A stretch of 62,739 bases of DNA, filler included, from Globobulimina sp. (taxonomy: Eukaryota), in the NCBI GenBank assembly GCA_003354225.1. It is 11 parts of 11 records of this genome, joined end to end, with 100 filler letters (N's around TTAATTAATTAA, not from the genome) between each part and the next. Parts side by side here need not be neighbours in the genome. Positions count along the whole stretch, not along the records: positions 1 to 5,629 come from PIVH01000485.1; positions 5,730 to 11,353 come from PIVH01000486.1; 9 more parts are not named here. One strand, 5' to 3'. Positions 1 to 11,453 of this stretch are shown in pieces. The stretch's first letter is position 1. The number at the start of each line of letters is the position of its first letter. A model generated the notes under the pieces. The model had not been told where the DNA came from. It worked only from the letters and a program-made list of their open reading frames with translations, and searched no databases. The position numbers were made by a program, and so were the translations under genes.

Positions 1-317
1 GATAACATAAATATAAACTGTGATACGGTGATTCAAAGATTTTTGATTGAAATAAATATAATAATGTTTGATCAAGATCTTCTCTGTCATTCTCATTCAA
101 TTTATATCCATTGTTTTTAACTCGTGATATCATTGATATATATTTTGATGGTGCTGCTATTGCTGTATCTCTGTATTGTAAATTGCACAATTTGTCTGGC
201 ATTGCAATGAAGAAATTAGACATACTCTGCAATGGATGTTGGGAGTTTAGCAATGCCGTATGATGTGATCAATCCTGCTGTCCCAATGACCATTCCTTTT
301 CTCACTATTCCAAACAT
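1..317 (-). CDS. Hypothetical protein, 3'-truncated by window edge; one intron (225..171)
   Basis: ATG at 317 (MFGIVRKGMVIG...). Removing a 55-nt GTATG...ACAG intron gives a frame open to position 1. Confidence 0.55.
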
Positions 318-388
318 ATTGAATTAATCCTTTATAAGACTAGCACAAAACTTTCACTCAAAACTTTAATAAAAAACGAAAAAGTTAA

Positions 389-1381
389 ATGCCAATGGAC
401 AATAAAGCAGCTTCTGGACCATTCACTCGATATGTTGGTATTATTCCATATGTTCACATGCGGCTTATGCAAAAACAATGCAATAAAAACAGGCAATATC
501 GAGATATGCGTCAGAATTCGTTGGGACGTTTGTATTGGTGGCCAGTATTAAACTGATAGTCGCCAGTGGGACACCACTCGCTGCCTTTGGAATTGGTATT
601 TAATCTGTTTTTTAATTCAAAATTACACGAAATACATTGATAATATCGATCTAATACTAAAGGTGTAACATTAATGTCAGTTGTATCAACTTTTGGATAT
701 ATCTCATTAGCACAATTTAATCCATCCGTAACAATTGCATTCGTAGTACGCGATTGCAAGGAATTGCCACGAAAGGATTATATTCAATGGACAATGTATA
801 TTGTAATGCAATTTTGTGGTGGTATATGTGGTGGCTTTTTTGCATGGATGGCTGGCGGGAAAGATGCCTGCGATGTATATACATTTGTCAACGCCGACTA
901 TACAGTGTCGCAAGCGTTTTTCGGTGAGTTATTTTATTGTGCGATGATAGCCACAGTGAATCTTCACGTCGCATCAGATGAGCGGCTAAATGGCAATCAA
1001 GTGTATCCCGCCGCTATCGGCATGATATTAACTGTGAGCGTATTGAGTATTGGTCATATCAGTGGTTCTGCAATAAATACAGCTGTATGGGCTGGCACTG
1101 TTTCGTCTGCGAGTGCATGTTTAGACGATGGAGAGACATTGAATTTGGACCATTGCTGGATTTATTGGGTTGCGCACATATTAGCTGGCTTGATTTCTGG
1201 TGGATGGTTTGTGTTGATATATGGTAGAGATATGAATGGGGTTAATGCGAAAATGGTGGATGAAGTTCAAGCCGGATCAGCTGATAACAGAACTACGACT
1301 GAACTTACATCCGTTGATCAGAAGTATGACAAAGTGCATGTGACACATGTAACTGAAGAGGAAGAGCAAGAAATAAGATAA
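389..1381 (+). CDS. Aquaporin (MIP family), 3 exons, with non-canonical NPA boxes
   Basis: Exon 2 reads AISRYASEFVGTFVLV (MIP TM1). ORF 674-1381 has FNPSVT and INTAVW boxes and a WIYWVAH motif. GT-AG introns at about 434-492 and 596-662. Confidence 0.9.
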
Positions 1382-1638
1382 GTCAAGGGATGAATATATG
1401 AATTTGTATTTATGTGTTGTAAAATTTTAGATCGTTTTTGTTTGTTTTTTTCTGTCTCGTTTTCGATATACAATTCATCCGTTTTAGATGCGATGAAACA
1501 ATGTAATAAAAATCTCACGCGGCAATTGTCTCTCAATTTGAGTGTTTCTGACTTTCTGTGTTGTTAGCAACGCTGTACACAGTGCAATTATATTAAACCC
1601 GAGTTTGGTATTAAAGTTTTGTATAAAACATTTAAAAC

Positions 1639-2193
1639 ATGGCAGCGCCCGCATTCCCACCGGCTCAAGAAGTACAAGCAAAAGAGAAAGAACCTATGGT
1701 GGAACAGAAAGCACCGCCGACGCAGGAAGCCGACCATCCCGACTTTAGTGGTACATGGAAGATTGTATCGACAGATAATTTGCAAGATTTTTGTGAAGCT
1801 GCAGACATCTCTGGAACTCAATATGCAATGCAAAAAAAAGCAGAAAAACGAATGGTGCAAGTTATAGAACAAGATGGTAATATATTTACTGTGCAAATGC
1901 AAACACAAACATATGAGCGAGAATTAACATATACCATCAATGCACCCTCTAAAAAACCATTGGAATATAGGGACCAACGCAAAAATATAATATCTGCGAA
2001 AGCTAAGTGGAGTAAAGACGGTGAGGCCATTATTTTAAAATGCAAAGTCTATGCAAAGGGTATTGATCCAAATGAAGATCCCGATGAGTTCACAAAACGG
2101 AGGGAAGTCAGATATCTAAAAAAAGGGAAAATGTATGAAGAGATCACTGTAAATGATGAGACTTTGATTAGAAAATTTCAAAAAAAAAAGTAA
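1639..2193 (+). CDS. Fatty-acid-binding protein (calycin/iLBP)-like protein
   Basis: DFSGTWKIVSTDNLQDF matches the FABP N-terminal GxW signature. The following pattern (IEQDGNIFTV ... REVRYLKKGKMYEEITVN...RKFQK) fits the FABP beta-barrel. Confidence 0.7.
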   Translation: MAAPAFPPAQEVQAKEKEPMVEQKAPPTQEADHPDFSGTWKIVSTDNLQDFCEAADISGTQYAMQKKAEKRMVQVIEQDGNIFTVQMQTQTYERELTYTINAPSKKPLEYRDQRKNIISAKAKWSKDGEAIILKCKVYAKGIDPNEDPDEFTKRREVRYLKKGKMYEEITVNDETLIRKFQKKK

Positions 2194-2291
2194 ATGTCAG
2201 TATCGTTTTTGCTACATAGATGTAAGTTTTTTATCATTTTCGCCTTGCACTTTAGTCAGTAGTGAGGTTAAGATCACTTGCTTTTTTAATC

Positions 2292-3173
2292 ATGGATCGT
2301 AACTTACAACAATTAGAAGCCATCGAATACCTATCATCCGATGTCTCCATTGTTCCCGAAATGTTTCAAAATGTTGAAGTGCATGATGGTCGCCCACGTA
2401 TTCTGAAAATTAACAATCACTTAAAAATAAAATATGATATCAAATTTGAATTTGGCGAAAAAAATGTTTTGTCGCAGGTACTATCAAAAATACCATATTT
2501 ACAAAATATAATGGATGGTTATGGCAGTTATCTATTTCTGGCGGGTTTAATTGAATCATATTGCAAAGTACAGAGGGAAATATATGAAGGGAATTTAAAA
2601 GGTGATGGAAATATTTGTTTTGGGGTCAAAGAGGAGTTCGAATTCAATCAACAAATCACAAAATGGTGCGTTGGTAATAAAATTGGTGACAGTATGTTTA
2701 GCATTAACTTGTCATTAAAAAATTCGTTTTCAGATAGAAAATACGAATGTGTTTTGGTTGCAGATGATAAGAATGAAAGCAATGAAGGTGAGACTGGCGA
2801 GTTACATGTCGAAGATGGCGAATCATCGCTACACTGGAAAATTGACGAATTTTCAGATTTCAATGCGACTGATTGGCCATTGCTGTTATCGGTTTTTAGT
2901 GAAAATAAATGGACGCCGCGGTTCATCAGTAACCAATTAATGTGTATGATAAATGAATGTGTAACGAATAACATTCAAGAAAATGTGAATGAATTTAAGA
3001 AAAGTAATGGAGGCAATGATATTGTTGCAAATATGGAGGAGAATGGTGACATTACCGTTGATTCGCGAGTGTGGGACAATTTTTTTGTTGATATGAGTAA
3101 TATGAAACATTTGTTGGGTGAATGGATGAATCATTTGTTTACAGATCAATGTGTTTATGATTTTTGCGATTAA
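2292..3173 (+). CDS. Hypothetical protein
   Basis: Uninterrupted ORF of about 293 aa from the first ATG; no family recognised. Confidence 0.6.
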   Translation: MDRNLQQLEAIEYLSSDVSIVPEMFQNVEVHDGRPRILKINNHLKIKYDIKFEFGEKNVLSQVLSKIPYLQNIMDGYGSYLFLAGLIESYCKVQREIYEGNLKGDGNICFGVKEEFEFNQQITKWCVGNKIGDSMFSINLSLKNSFSDRKYECVLVADDKNESNEGETGELHVEDGESSLHWKIDEFSDFNATDWPLLLSVFSENKWTPRFISNQLMCMINECVTNNIQENVNEFKKSNGGNDIVANMEENGDITVDSRVWDNFFVDMSNMKHLLGEWMNHLFTDQCVYDFCD

Positions 3174-3241
3174 AAGTAATGTTTTTGTGTCTTTTTTTAA
3201 TTGTGCCAGTGTTACCGAACATTTTTGAAGTAGACAGTTTC

Positions 3242-5629
3242 ATGCATTCTGGCTATAGGATGCAAAATCAATTCGACAAAAAATATCACAAGAAATCAGA
3301 AAATGTGGCAGATTGGTTAGCAGGACGATATTTATTGCGTTTCTTAGATGATGATGTTATTATTTCTTGTTATGATGATATAATTAACTCATTTGATAGT
3401 AAAAAAGATATTATTTCCACATTAATCCGAGCATCGACAACACAACAAATCAAACAAATTGTTAAAATCTTAAAAGACGCACAATTAAAAGAAATCGAAC
3501 GAAATAACCATAAAATTGTTGAAAAATATGCTAAAGATGAAAATTGTCGAAAAACATATTTTAATTATTTATCCACTGACTCTATATTCAATATTTGTGA
3601 ATTTTTACAGAGAAAAGATATGGATCAATTTAAAAGGACGTCGACGCCAAATGCTTTAATTGCATTCGAAGTGATGAAATCATATAAAATGGGCATCTTT
3701 AATATGAACGAATTAATTGAACAAAATGATTACAAATATCCGATTGAGTTAGATATTAAATCCAAAATAAAAACAAACCGAATCAAACCATTCACCAAAT
3801 ATCACTCATTAATGCAATCCTATTCAACCAGATATAATATCGCATTGCCAAATATGTTAATATTGCAAGCTACAAAAATGTACAATTCTGTATATCAAGC
3901 CACGATTTTGAATGATAACAAAGAATTTCTTCATCAAAAAGCAGAAAAGAACAAAGTATTTTATATTTTAGATCAAAGCAAAATTATCAAATTGAATAAT
4001 ACGAATAAATTGCAAACAATGAATCAATTAAATCTACATTCCAACCAAGGACATACTATCACATTGTTACAATATTTCGACAGACATCAACAAAGGATAC
4101 AAAATGTGCAGTTTTTATATTTGGATGCAACCACAACATTATCTAGATTTGAGTCATATATTTTAAATGATTTATTATCAATATATGCCGCATTATATCC
4201 ACATTTATCCACTTCTTGGTGTGACAAATTGTTGTATACAGTGAACAAAATGAAACAGTTTGGGTCAAATTTGCACGAATCTTTGATTAAAATATATTAC
4301 AACATTGGTGCACATGGCATTAGATTCGATGGATACAAACCATGGCCATACACACAATCATCTTGCGACGTTGACGAATATTTTCCATTTAATACTGATG
4401 GCGCCGGTAACTATCATGTACTCCAAGAAGATGGTATTATTTATACAGCACTGTTGAACCAAACAAATTTGCAAAGTAACAATAATAAATTGTATAAGTT
4501 ACAAGTTTTAAAAAAATATAATGAGGAGCAATATCATGCATATTTTAGATGGGCTCGTGTCGGATATCGGGGTCAATTTAAAAACGTTCCCGGTGATAAA
4601 GTTCAATGCATTGCCGCTTTCAAAAAGAAATTTTTTGATAAAACTTCAAAGCATTGGGAGGATCGCAATGATGGGGTGTATAATGTTGGCATTCCCTGCA
4701 AATATGCGTATTTACCGAGTTTATCTGCAAAATGCAATGATTTCCAGGTAATTACATTTGCATTAAATCCGAATCACATTCTGTTGAAATCGGGAAATGA
4801 ACAACCTTTTTATGCAAATGTTCAGCAATATGTTAGTGATAAAAAAGCAACTTTTCAGGTTACAGTGACAAATAATATTTTACCAAATGAATTAGAACAA
4901 CAACGTTCATATTATAGTAATTATACTAATATTTGTAAACCTGTACAATGTGCACCAATCACTTTAAACGTGACACCATCAACAACCGTTAAAATGATAC
5001 AAAATGAAATCTGTCAACATTTCAACAAAACAATACCTGCGAATAATATTCAATTATTTTTAGAATTCGAAAAAAAATGGATTCCACCTCCTTCGCAATC
5101 GAATTCGAAGATTGTTCAAAGAAAATATTTATGGCATAATGACCGCTTAGGAAATATTGACGGCTTTGGTAATGGAGTAAATGCAAATCGTTGTCATTGG
5201 GAAATTGTGCCATATGATACTGTAGCAAATGTTCGTTATGATATGTGTCAAATATCTGTTTATGAAAAAAGCAGAGTCCCAAAACAAACACTATTTAACT
5301 TTCCAAATGCTCCTGTTTTTGAAGTATATATTCGAGTGTATGGTAATTCCGCTTATGATGAAAAACAAAGTGAGAATCATTGCGATTGGACAAAAGTGGT
5401 AAAAGGCGTTAAAACCTTTAAAGTGAATGAATTAATGGAGAGCTTGAAACATTTTGCAGCCCATCCATTGAATGGAAATAAATATAAGAGGATTACTGAT
5501 AAATTTGCAGCAAAAGGTGAATATTCCTTTGTTATTATGGATAAAAAAGATATATCTAATAAAAGATTTAAATGTTATGATATGGAGAATATTTATGCTG
5601 CAGTATTTGACAAAAATGTCAGATTGTGT
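3242..5629 (+). CDS. Large protein with an internal PARP-type WGR domain; 3'-truncated
   Basis: YTALLNQTNLQSNNNKLYKLQVL...FRWARVGYRGQ...FKKKFFDKTSKHWEDR at about 4400-4720 is a WGR-domain pattern. The start codon is uncertain. Confidence 0.75.
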
Positions 5630-5729
5630 NNNNNNNNNNNNNNNNNNNNNNNNNNNNNNNNNNNNNNNNNNNNTTAATTAATTAANNNNNNNNNNNNNNN
5701 NNNNNNNNNNNNNNNNNNNNNNNNNNNNN
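5630..5729. other. Artificial contig linker (N-run + TTAATTAATTAA + N-run). Also at 11354-11453, 17073-17172, 22792-22891, 28510-28609, 34221-34320, 39930-40029, 45635-45734, 51338-51437, 57040-57139
   Basis: Same 100-bp spacer ten times, with stops in all six frames. Genes are cut at the linkers and contig lengths fall from 5629 to 5600. Confidence 0.98.
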
Positions 5730-7424
5730 AAACTATTTGTCAATGGAAGCTATGTAGATAGTGTAGATGGAGCAAGCATGGAATCATTAGACCCACGCGA
5801 TGGCTCCGTAATTTGTAATGTGAGTGCAGCACAAACAGCTGATGTCGATATCGCAGTAAAAGCGGCTAAAGACGCCTTTGACTCTGGAATATGGTCAGCC
5901 AGATCCGGTTTTTATCGCAGTAAAATATTAAATAAGTGGGCAGATTTAATTGAAGAAAACACAGAATATTTAGCCAGATTAGAGACTTGGGACAATGGTA
6001 AACCATTAACATTCAGTAAATTAGATTTATATTTATGTGTACAATATATTCGATATTTTGCGGGCTGGGCGGATAAAATCCAGGGCAAAACCGTGCAGAA
6101 TGACGATGTATTGGGCAAATATTTTAGTTATACCTTACATGAACCAAAAGGAGTGATTGCGTCCATCACACCTTGGAATTTCCCATTATTAATGTTTGTA
6201 TGGCAGGCTGCGCCGGCATTGGCCTGTGGTAATTCCATAGTGGCCAAAGTGGCGGAAACTACGCCATTAACGGCATTGTTTAATGCAAAATTAATGTCTG
6301 AAGCTGGTATGTTATCTTTATAGTTTATACAATGTACATGTACATAATTTTAATTGTGTCACTGCGTGGTAACATAATTTTAATTGTGTCACTGCGTGGT
6401 AACATAATTTTAATTGTGTCCTCATAATTTTTGCCAAAAATCATTATATTTTGCATGAATCATTTTGTTTTTTACGGATTTTGGTTTGAAAGCCGATTTT
6501 TGTTGATTTGCGTTTTGTAAATTAACGTATTAATAAAAAACAATGAATATAATAGGAGTGCCGGATGGTATGGTAAATATAATCCCCGGATTAGGTCCCA
6601 TCGCAGGTCGTGCCTTAGCCGCTCATCCGGATGTAAACAAAGTGTCGTTTACCGGCAGTGGTCCAACCGGCAGAGAAATAATGCGTTCCGCCGCTGAGAA
6701 TTTAACCTCTGTTTGTTTAGAATTAGGCGGTAAATCTCCCGCAATTATATGTGATGATGCTGATATTGATAATGCAGTGCAACAAATGCAAGTTGGCTTG
6801 GTTTTAAATCAAGGACAATGCTGTGTGGCTGCATCGAGAATATATTGTCAGGAAAAAATCTATGATGAATTTGTGGAGAAAACTGTTGCCGAAACCGAGA
6901 AGAGAAAAATAGGCGACCCCTTCCTCGAAGTGGACCAAGGGCCACAACAAAATAAACGACAATTCGAGAAAGTGTTGTCGTATTTAGATGAAGGTAAAAA
7001 ATCTGGTGCAAAATTGTTGCATGGAGGTAATCGGATTGGTGATGAAGGATATTATGTGGAATCGACCATATTTGGCGATGTTACGGATGAAATGAGTATA
7101 GCGAGAGATGAGATATTTGGGCCGGTAATGCAAGTTATGAAGTTTTCAGAGATCGATGAGGTTGTCCAACGAGCCAATAATACGACGTATGGCTTAGCCG
7201 CCGGTGTGTTTAGTGAGAGCATTAATACTTGCAATCGGCTGTCGCGTTCATTAAAAGCTGGTACAGTGTGGGTTAATTGTTATGATGTATTTGATGCATC
7301 GACGCCATTTGGTGGTTATAAGCAATCGGGTTTTGGTCGGATTAAAGGTGAGTATGCATTGGAGAATTTTACGAATGTTAAAGCAGTCACTCAATTGTTA
7401 CCAAATGATGGTGGATGGTATTAA
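5730..7424 (+). CDS. Aldehyde dehydrogenase (ALDH1/2-like), 5'-truncated; intron 6307-6555
   Basis: Motifs ITPWNFPLLM, FTGS, LELGGKSP, NQGQCCVAASR, EIFGPV and PFGGYKQSGFGR. A phase-1 intron joins the two ORFs. Confidence 0.96.
6342..6420 (+). repeat. 30-bp tandem repeat (about 2.6 copies) in the ALDH intron
   Basis: Unit ACATAATTTTAATTGTGTCACTGCGTGGTA at 6342 and 6372, partial copy at 6402. Confidence 0.95.
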
Positions 7425-7777
7425 AGAGCTCTAAACTGTAAATTAACTTTAATTTTATTTACTTTAGAAATTGTACAGTATACATTATCCTTGCACTGCA
7501 TGTAAGTCTCCAAACACGCTAAGTATATGAATATATTCTTTGTAAAAAAACACATTTTCCTGGCAAATATTTTCTTACTAAATCTGAAAGAACATGAAAT
7601 AATACGTTAAGCCATTGTATCGTGTAATTTTTTTGGATAGTACAGATACACAAAACACAGATACAAACATGTACAACAAGTATATACACATATATAAAAA
7701 TAACGAGTGCAGATCTGAAACGAAAGAATAAAATATGAAGTAAAATTAAACTGTTAATGTAGATTATGTCCAACTGT

Positions 7778-8986
7778 TCAATGACCTTCGTTAGAAAACT
7801 GTACTGGTACTGGTTGTTTGTCCACTGATAATATGAGCTTTTGAATTTGATAAAACAATGACTGTATATCCATCATATTTTTAATTCCGAGTTTAAACAA
7901 ACAGCCCAATGTAACACCATGCAAACACTGACCATTCAAACCCTGAGCATATGCGAGTGGAATAAGTATGTCCTTATATTTCAAATATCTGCCGTTTTCC
8001 AAATTAAATATCCAAACAAGAACATCATCCGTAGCCCATCCAAAATAATTATCGTATGTGCCTTCATTTACTTTTTCATGCTTCAACTTAGCAAATTTAA
8101 CCAACAAATTATTATATCTCCACTGAATTTGCGCATTTTCGTTCTTTAACTGATAATTCTGAGACGCCATCGAGCTGTTCAATTGTTGATATTTGTTAAT
8201 CTGTGCTGCAAACTGTATCCGCTGTTGATGTAATTGTCTGGCTAACGTTTCCAATTTACTTTTATACATTTCATCTTCGGCAGATTGCTTTTCATCAAAA
8301 ACGTCTTGATATCGAGTTACAGAATGCGCTCGATCTGGATACCATTTATCGAATTTAAAACTGACCCCTCTAAATGTGATTGTTTTTGTTTTAATTTGCT
8401 TTGCTTGGATCAATTCGTCAAATTCAACAATGCAAAGAATAGTGGCATTTAATTGTTTAATGGCTCCGGTTTTGGCAGCCATCCAACTTTCAACTTTGAG
8501 TGATTTGCACAGACTGCTTATTGAGAGATAGACCCACAGTTTGAAGCGTTTATGGTCAATACACAAATTGATGTTCAACACGAAGACTTTGTAGGACTTA
8601 GTGTTGTGCTGATAACTGTAGTAAGCTCTGACAATACGACCAACAGATTTAAGTTGATTTGAGTTGCATTGGAATACAAAGTGTTCAATCAATACTTTAT
8701 TTGTTGCTGTTTTATCCACTGTGAATGTCGCGACTCTGTATCTATTTGGTAACCAAATATCACGAATCTTACGTTTGTCTCCAAAAGCAATTTGGCATAA
8801 TTCATTGGATAATTCGCGTTCGTTATTAGGCCAATTCGTGTTTGGCAATATTGTAAATTCATAGTGTTTGGATTTATCATGCGGTCTGGTTGGGATTTGC
8901 TCGATTAGCATGTGATAATCTATTGGTGGCAACGGAGGGGATCTTCGTGGAAAGTTCAACGGAGGTGATTTTCGTCGAGTGCGCAT
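7778..8986 (-). CDS. Hypothetical protein with coiled coil and C-terminal SAM domain
   Basis: WATDDVLVWIFNLENGRYLKY...GLNGQCL...LFKLGIKNMMDIQSLFYQIQKL is SAM-like. ATG 8986 (MRTRRKSPP) chosen to avoid overlap with the opposite-strand gene. Confidence 0.7.
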   Translation of the reverse strand: MRTRRKSPPLNFPRRSPPLPPIDYHMLIEQIPTRPHDKSKHYEFTILPNTNWPNNERELSNELCQIAFGDKRKIRDIWLPNRYRVATFTVDKTATNKVLIEHFVFQCNSNQLKSVGRIVRAYYSYQHNTKSYKVFVLNINLCIDHKRFKLWVYLSISSLCKSLKVESWMAAKTGAIKQLNATILCIVEFDELIQAKQIKTKTITFRGVSFKFDKWYPDRAHSVTRYQDVFDEKQSAEDEMYKSKLETLARQLHQQRIQFAAQINKYQQLNSSMASQNYQLKNENAQIQWRYNNLLVKFAKLKHEKVNEGTYDNYFGWATDDVLVWIFNLENGRYLKYKDILIPLAYAQGLNGQCLHGVTLGCLFKLGIKNMMDIQSLFYQIQKLILSVDKQPVPVQFSNEGH

Positions 8987-9024
8987 GTTCTGAAAGCTAA
9001 AAACTACACTGAAAAGATAGAGCA

Positions 9025-9594
9025 ATGTCGTGCATTGTATTATACACTTTGTTCGGGTTGATACCAGCAATGAATATGCAAGAACCATCTTGTGGTTCAG
9101 CAGAGATACCATTGAATACATTGGTTGAATCAGAAAGAATAAAGAATATAATCAGAGGATGGTGGTGGTCCTATGTTGATGTTATTAAAGGAGATATCAC
9201 CAAACAAGATTTCAACGATAATTTAAGACGTGTATGGAACAGTGATTGTGTCCTTGAAGAACCGGATGTATTTCAGTATAATAATATGGATGAAATGCTA
9301 AATGGGAGAATTGATGATGGAAATAATATGGAATTACCATCAGTTGTCGATGGCCTATTGGACTTTGACATTAATAAACTAATTTTAGGGGATATGTATG
9401 TTGAGTTTATGACTAATTCTAAAGCAAAAGTACGTGCATTTAAAACATTGTTGCATCATAACAAACAACTTATTAATTATAATTATGACACATGGATATT
9501 AGAAAAAGATGAGTCAAAATCATGGAAAATTAAACGATTAACAATTGATTTAGATACTTTCGATATCGACATCACATACGATACTAATCAATAA
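9025..9594 (+). CDS. Putative secreted NTF2/SnoaL-like protein
   Basis: Hydrophobic N-terminus. The C-terminal ..TWILEKDESKSWKIKRLTI pattern is typical of the NTF2-like fold. Confidence 0.5.
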   Translation: MSCIVLYTLFGLIPAMNMQEPSCGSAEIPLNTLVESERIKNIIRGWWWSYVDVIKGDITKQDFNDNLRRVWNSDCVLEEPDVFQYNNMDEMLNGRIDDGNNMELPSVVDGLLDFDINKLILGDMYVEFMTNSKAKVRAFKTLLHHNKQLINYNYDTWILEKDESKSWKIKRLTIDLDTFDIDITYDTNQ

Positions 9595-9789
9595 TGCATA
9601 TTAATATACCTTTAAAAATGATTGCGATTATTTCCGAATTCTGATAGAATTAGAATTTGTGTATACTGTATACAAGTAATACAACATAAAAGCTAGACCG
9701 GTGGTTTTATGTTCTACCACTTTTTTCATTGAATTGAAGTTAGATAAACGCCTACAATATCGGATAAGAAGTGTACAAACACAATGCAA

Positions 9790-10482
9790 TTAGAGTGAAG
9801 ATTTTGGTTCAATTTCAAAATTTATTGCGTGTGTCGATTCTTTGGTGTCACTTTCGTCATTTTTGTTTTCGTTGTTGTCGTCGTCATCATCATCATCACT
9901 AGTCTCCAATGCAATTTCTTTTGTCATGAAATAGTCGTTTATGTAATTTGAATGTGGCTCTTTGTCTAAACATTGAGCTCCAAAGCTTATATCCGTATCA
10001 ATTGCTTTTATCAAATCATCCAATGAGTCGAATGCTAACTGAGGTCGTATAAATCCCGTAATAATAACTCTTAATTGTGCCGCATAAAAATCGTTTTCAA
10101 ATGTATGCAGTAAATGTGATTCCTATTTATATATTATATTTTTATTTTATTTCATATTTATTATGTATTAGACACACATAACGACTGTAATATTTTCATT
10201 ACCAAAATGAGGGTTTGTACCAATGCTTAATACATTTTTATAAATATTCCCGTTGCCTACACGTGCAAATCCAATGTAGACGCCTTGGTTTAGTTTTGCT
10301 TTTACTATTTCATTTAACTGATTTGGAAATGCTGATGGATCTAAATTTGCAGTTTTACATCCCATTTCTCGACCTCTTTGATGTCCTCTAACAACAGAAC
10401 CTTGCAATCTAAAAGGTCCAATCGGTTCTATTTTTTTCCACCACATTTCAGATAACTTTTTGAAGCCAACACTCGCTGACAT
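9790..10482 (-). CDS. RFK: Riboflavin kinase; intron 10182..10123
   Basis: GSVVRGHQRGREMGCKTANL and SIGTNPHF; after splicing ESHLLHTFENDFY...GFIRPQLAFDSLDDLIKAIDTDI. Confidence 0.92.
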
Positions 10483-10807
10483 GATGTGATATAAAGATGA
10501 AAAGTTTAAAGTTGTAATAAATGTTTTCTACATCATCACACAAAGAAACTAAACATAAAATAATATAATTTATGTAAAGATTGTACATGTTACTCCTTAA
10601 TATTGCATATAAATGTCACTTACATTGTTAATCCATTATTTTAGTTAGCATGCACCGAAAACTTTTTCGGAACTAAGTAAATACAAAATCTTAGATTTTG
10701 AGAATCCTTTCGTTGTAACATAGAATTTCAAGATCGATAATTTAGAAATCAAGGAAGATTCGCAAGACAATCAGCTTTACCCAGAAGAAACAGCAGGTTG
10801 CTGCAAG

Positions 10808-11353
10808 ATGATGACAAAATTATTTGGTGGCATAAAAAAGAAAAAAAGCCACGCTGAAACCGACGAAAAAATCAATAAACTTTTAGATGATTTGCATCAA
10901 AAACATAAGAAAACCATATCGTTGTTATTATTAGGTCCCGGTGGTAGCGGTAAATCAACCGTTCTAAAACAAATGGAGAAAATCTATCGCGGCAACGTCC
11001 AAAATAAGATCTTACGCGATGCGGCGCAATATATCCGGCAAAATATCTTAGAGGACATCTACGATTTGGCCACTCATAACGGCACATTAAAGGCATCGCA
11101 TCCACAGTGCCAATTATCTGAGAACGCACAAGAGATTTGCACACAAATCGCCTCGCTCAAAGGTGGACATTTAGAAGAGACAGAGTTGACGCCCCAATTA
11201 GCAAAATCTATTTCATTGTTATGGAATGATCCTGGCCTCCAACGTACATATTTTATACGGAAAACCTCTCACATTATGGACAATGCGCCTTATTTTTTCG
11301 CCAATATTAACAGAATATCCTCTGACAAATATCCCACAAACTTTGAGGATTAC
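10808..11353 (+). CDS. Heterotrimeric G-protein alpha subunit, 3'-truncated (true start may be upstream)
   Basis: LLLLGPGGSGKSTVLKQM, LWNDPGLQ and DNAPYFFANINRI...YPTNFED are G-alpha motifs. Confidence 0.9.
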
Positions 11354-11453
11354 NNNNNNNNNNNNNNNNNNNNNNNNNNNNNNNNNNNNNNNNNNNNTTA
11401 ATTAATTAANNNNNNNNNNNNNNNNNNNNNNNNNNNNNNNNNNNNNNNNNNNN

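Noticed and set aside
6342-6420. 30-bp repeats resembling a CRISPR array
   Set aside because: Head-to-tail copies with no spacers, inside a eukaryotic intron; no cas genes.
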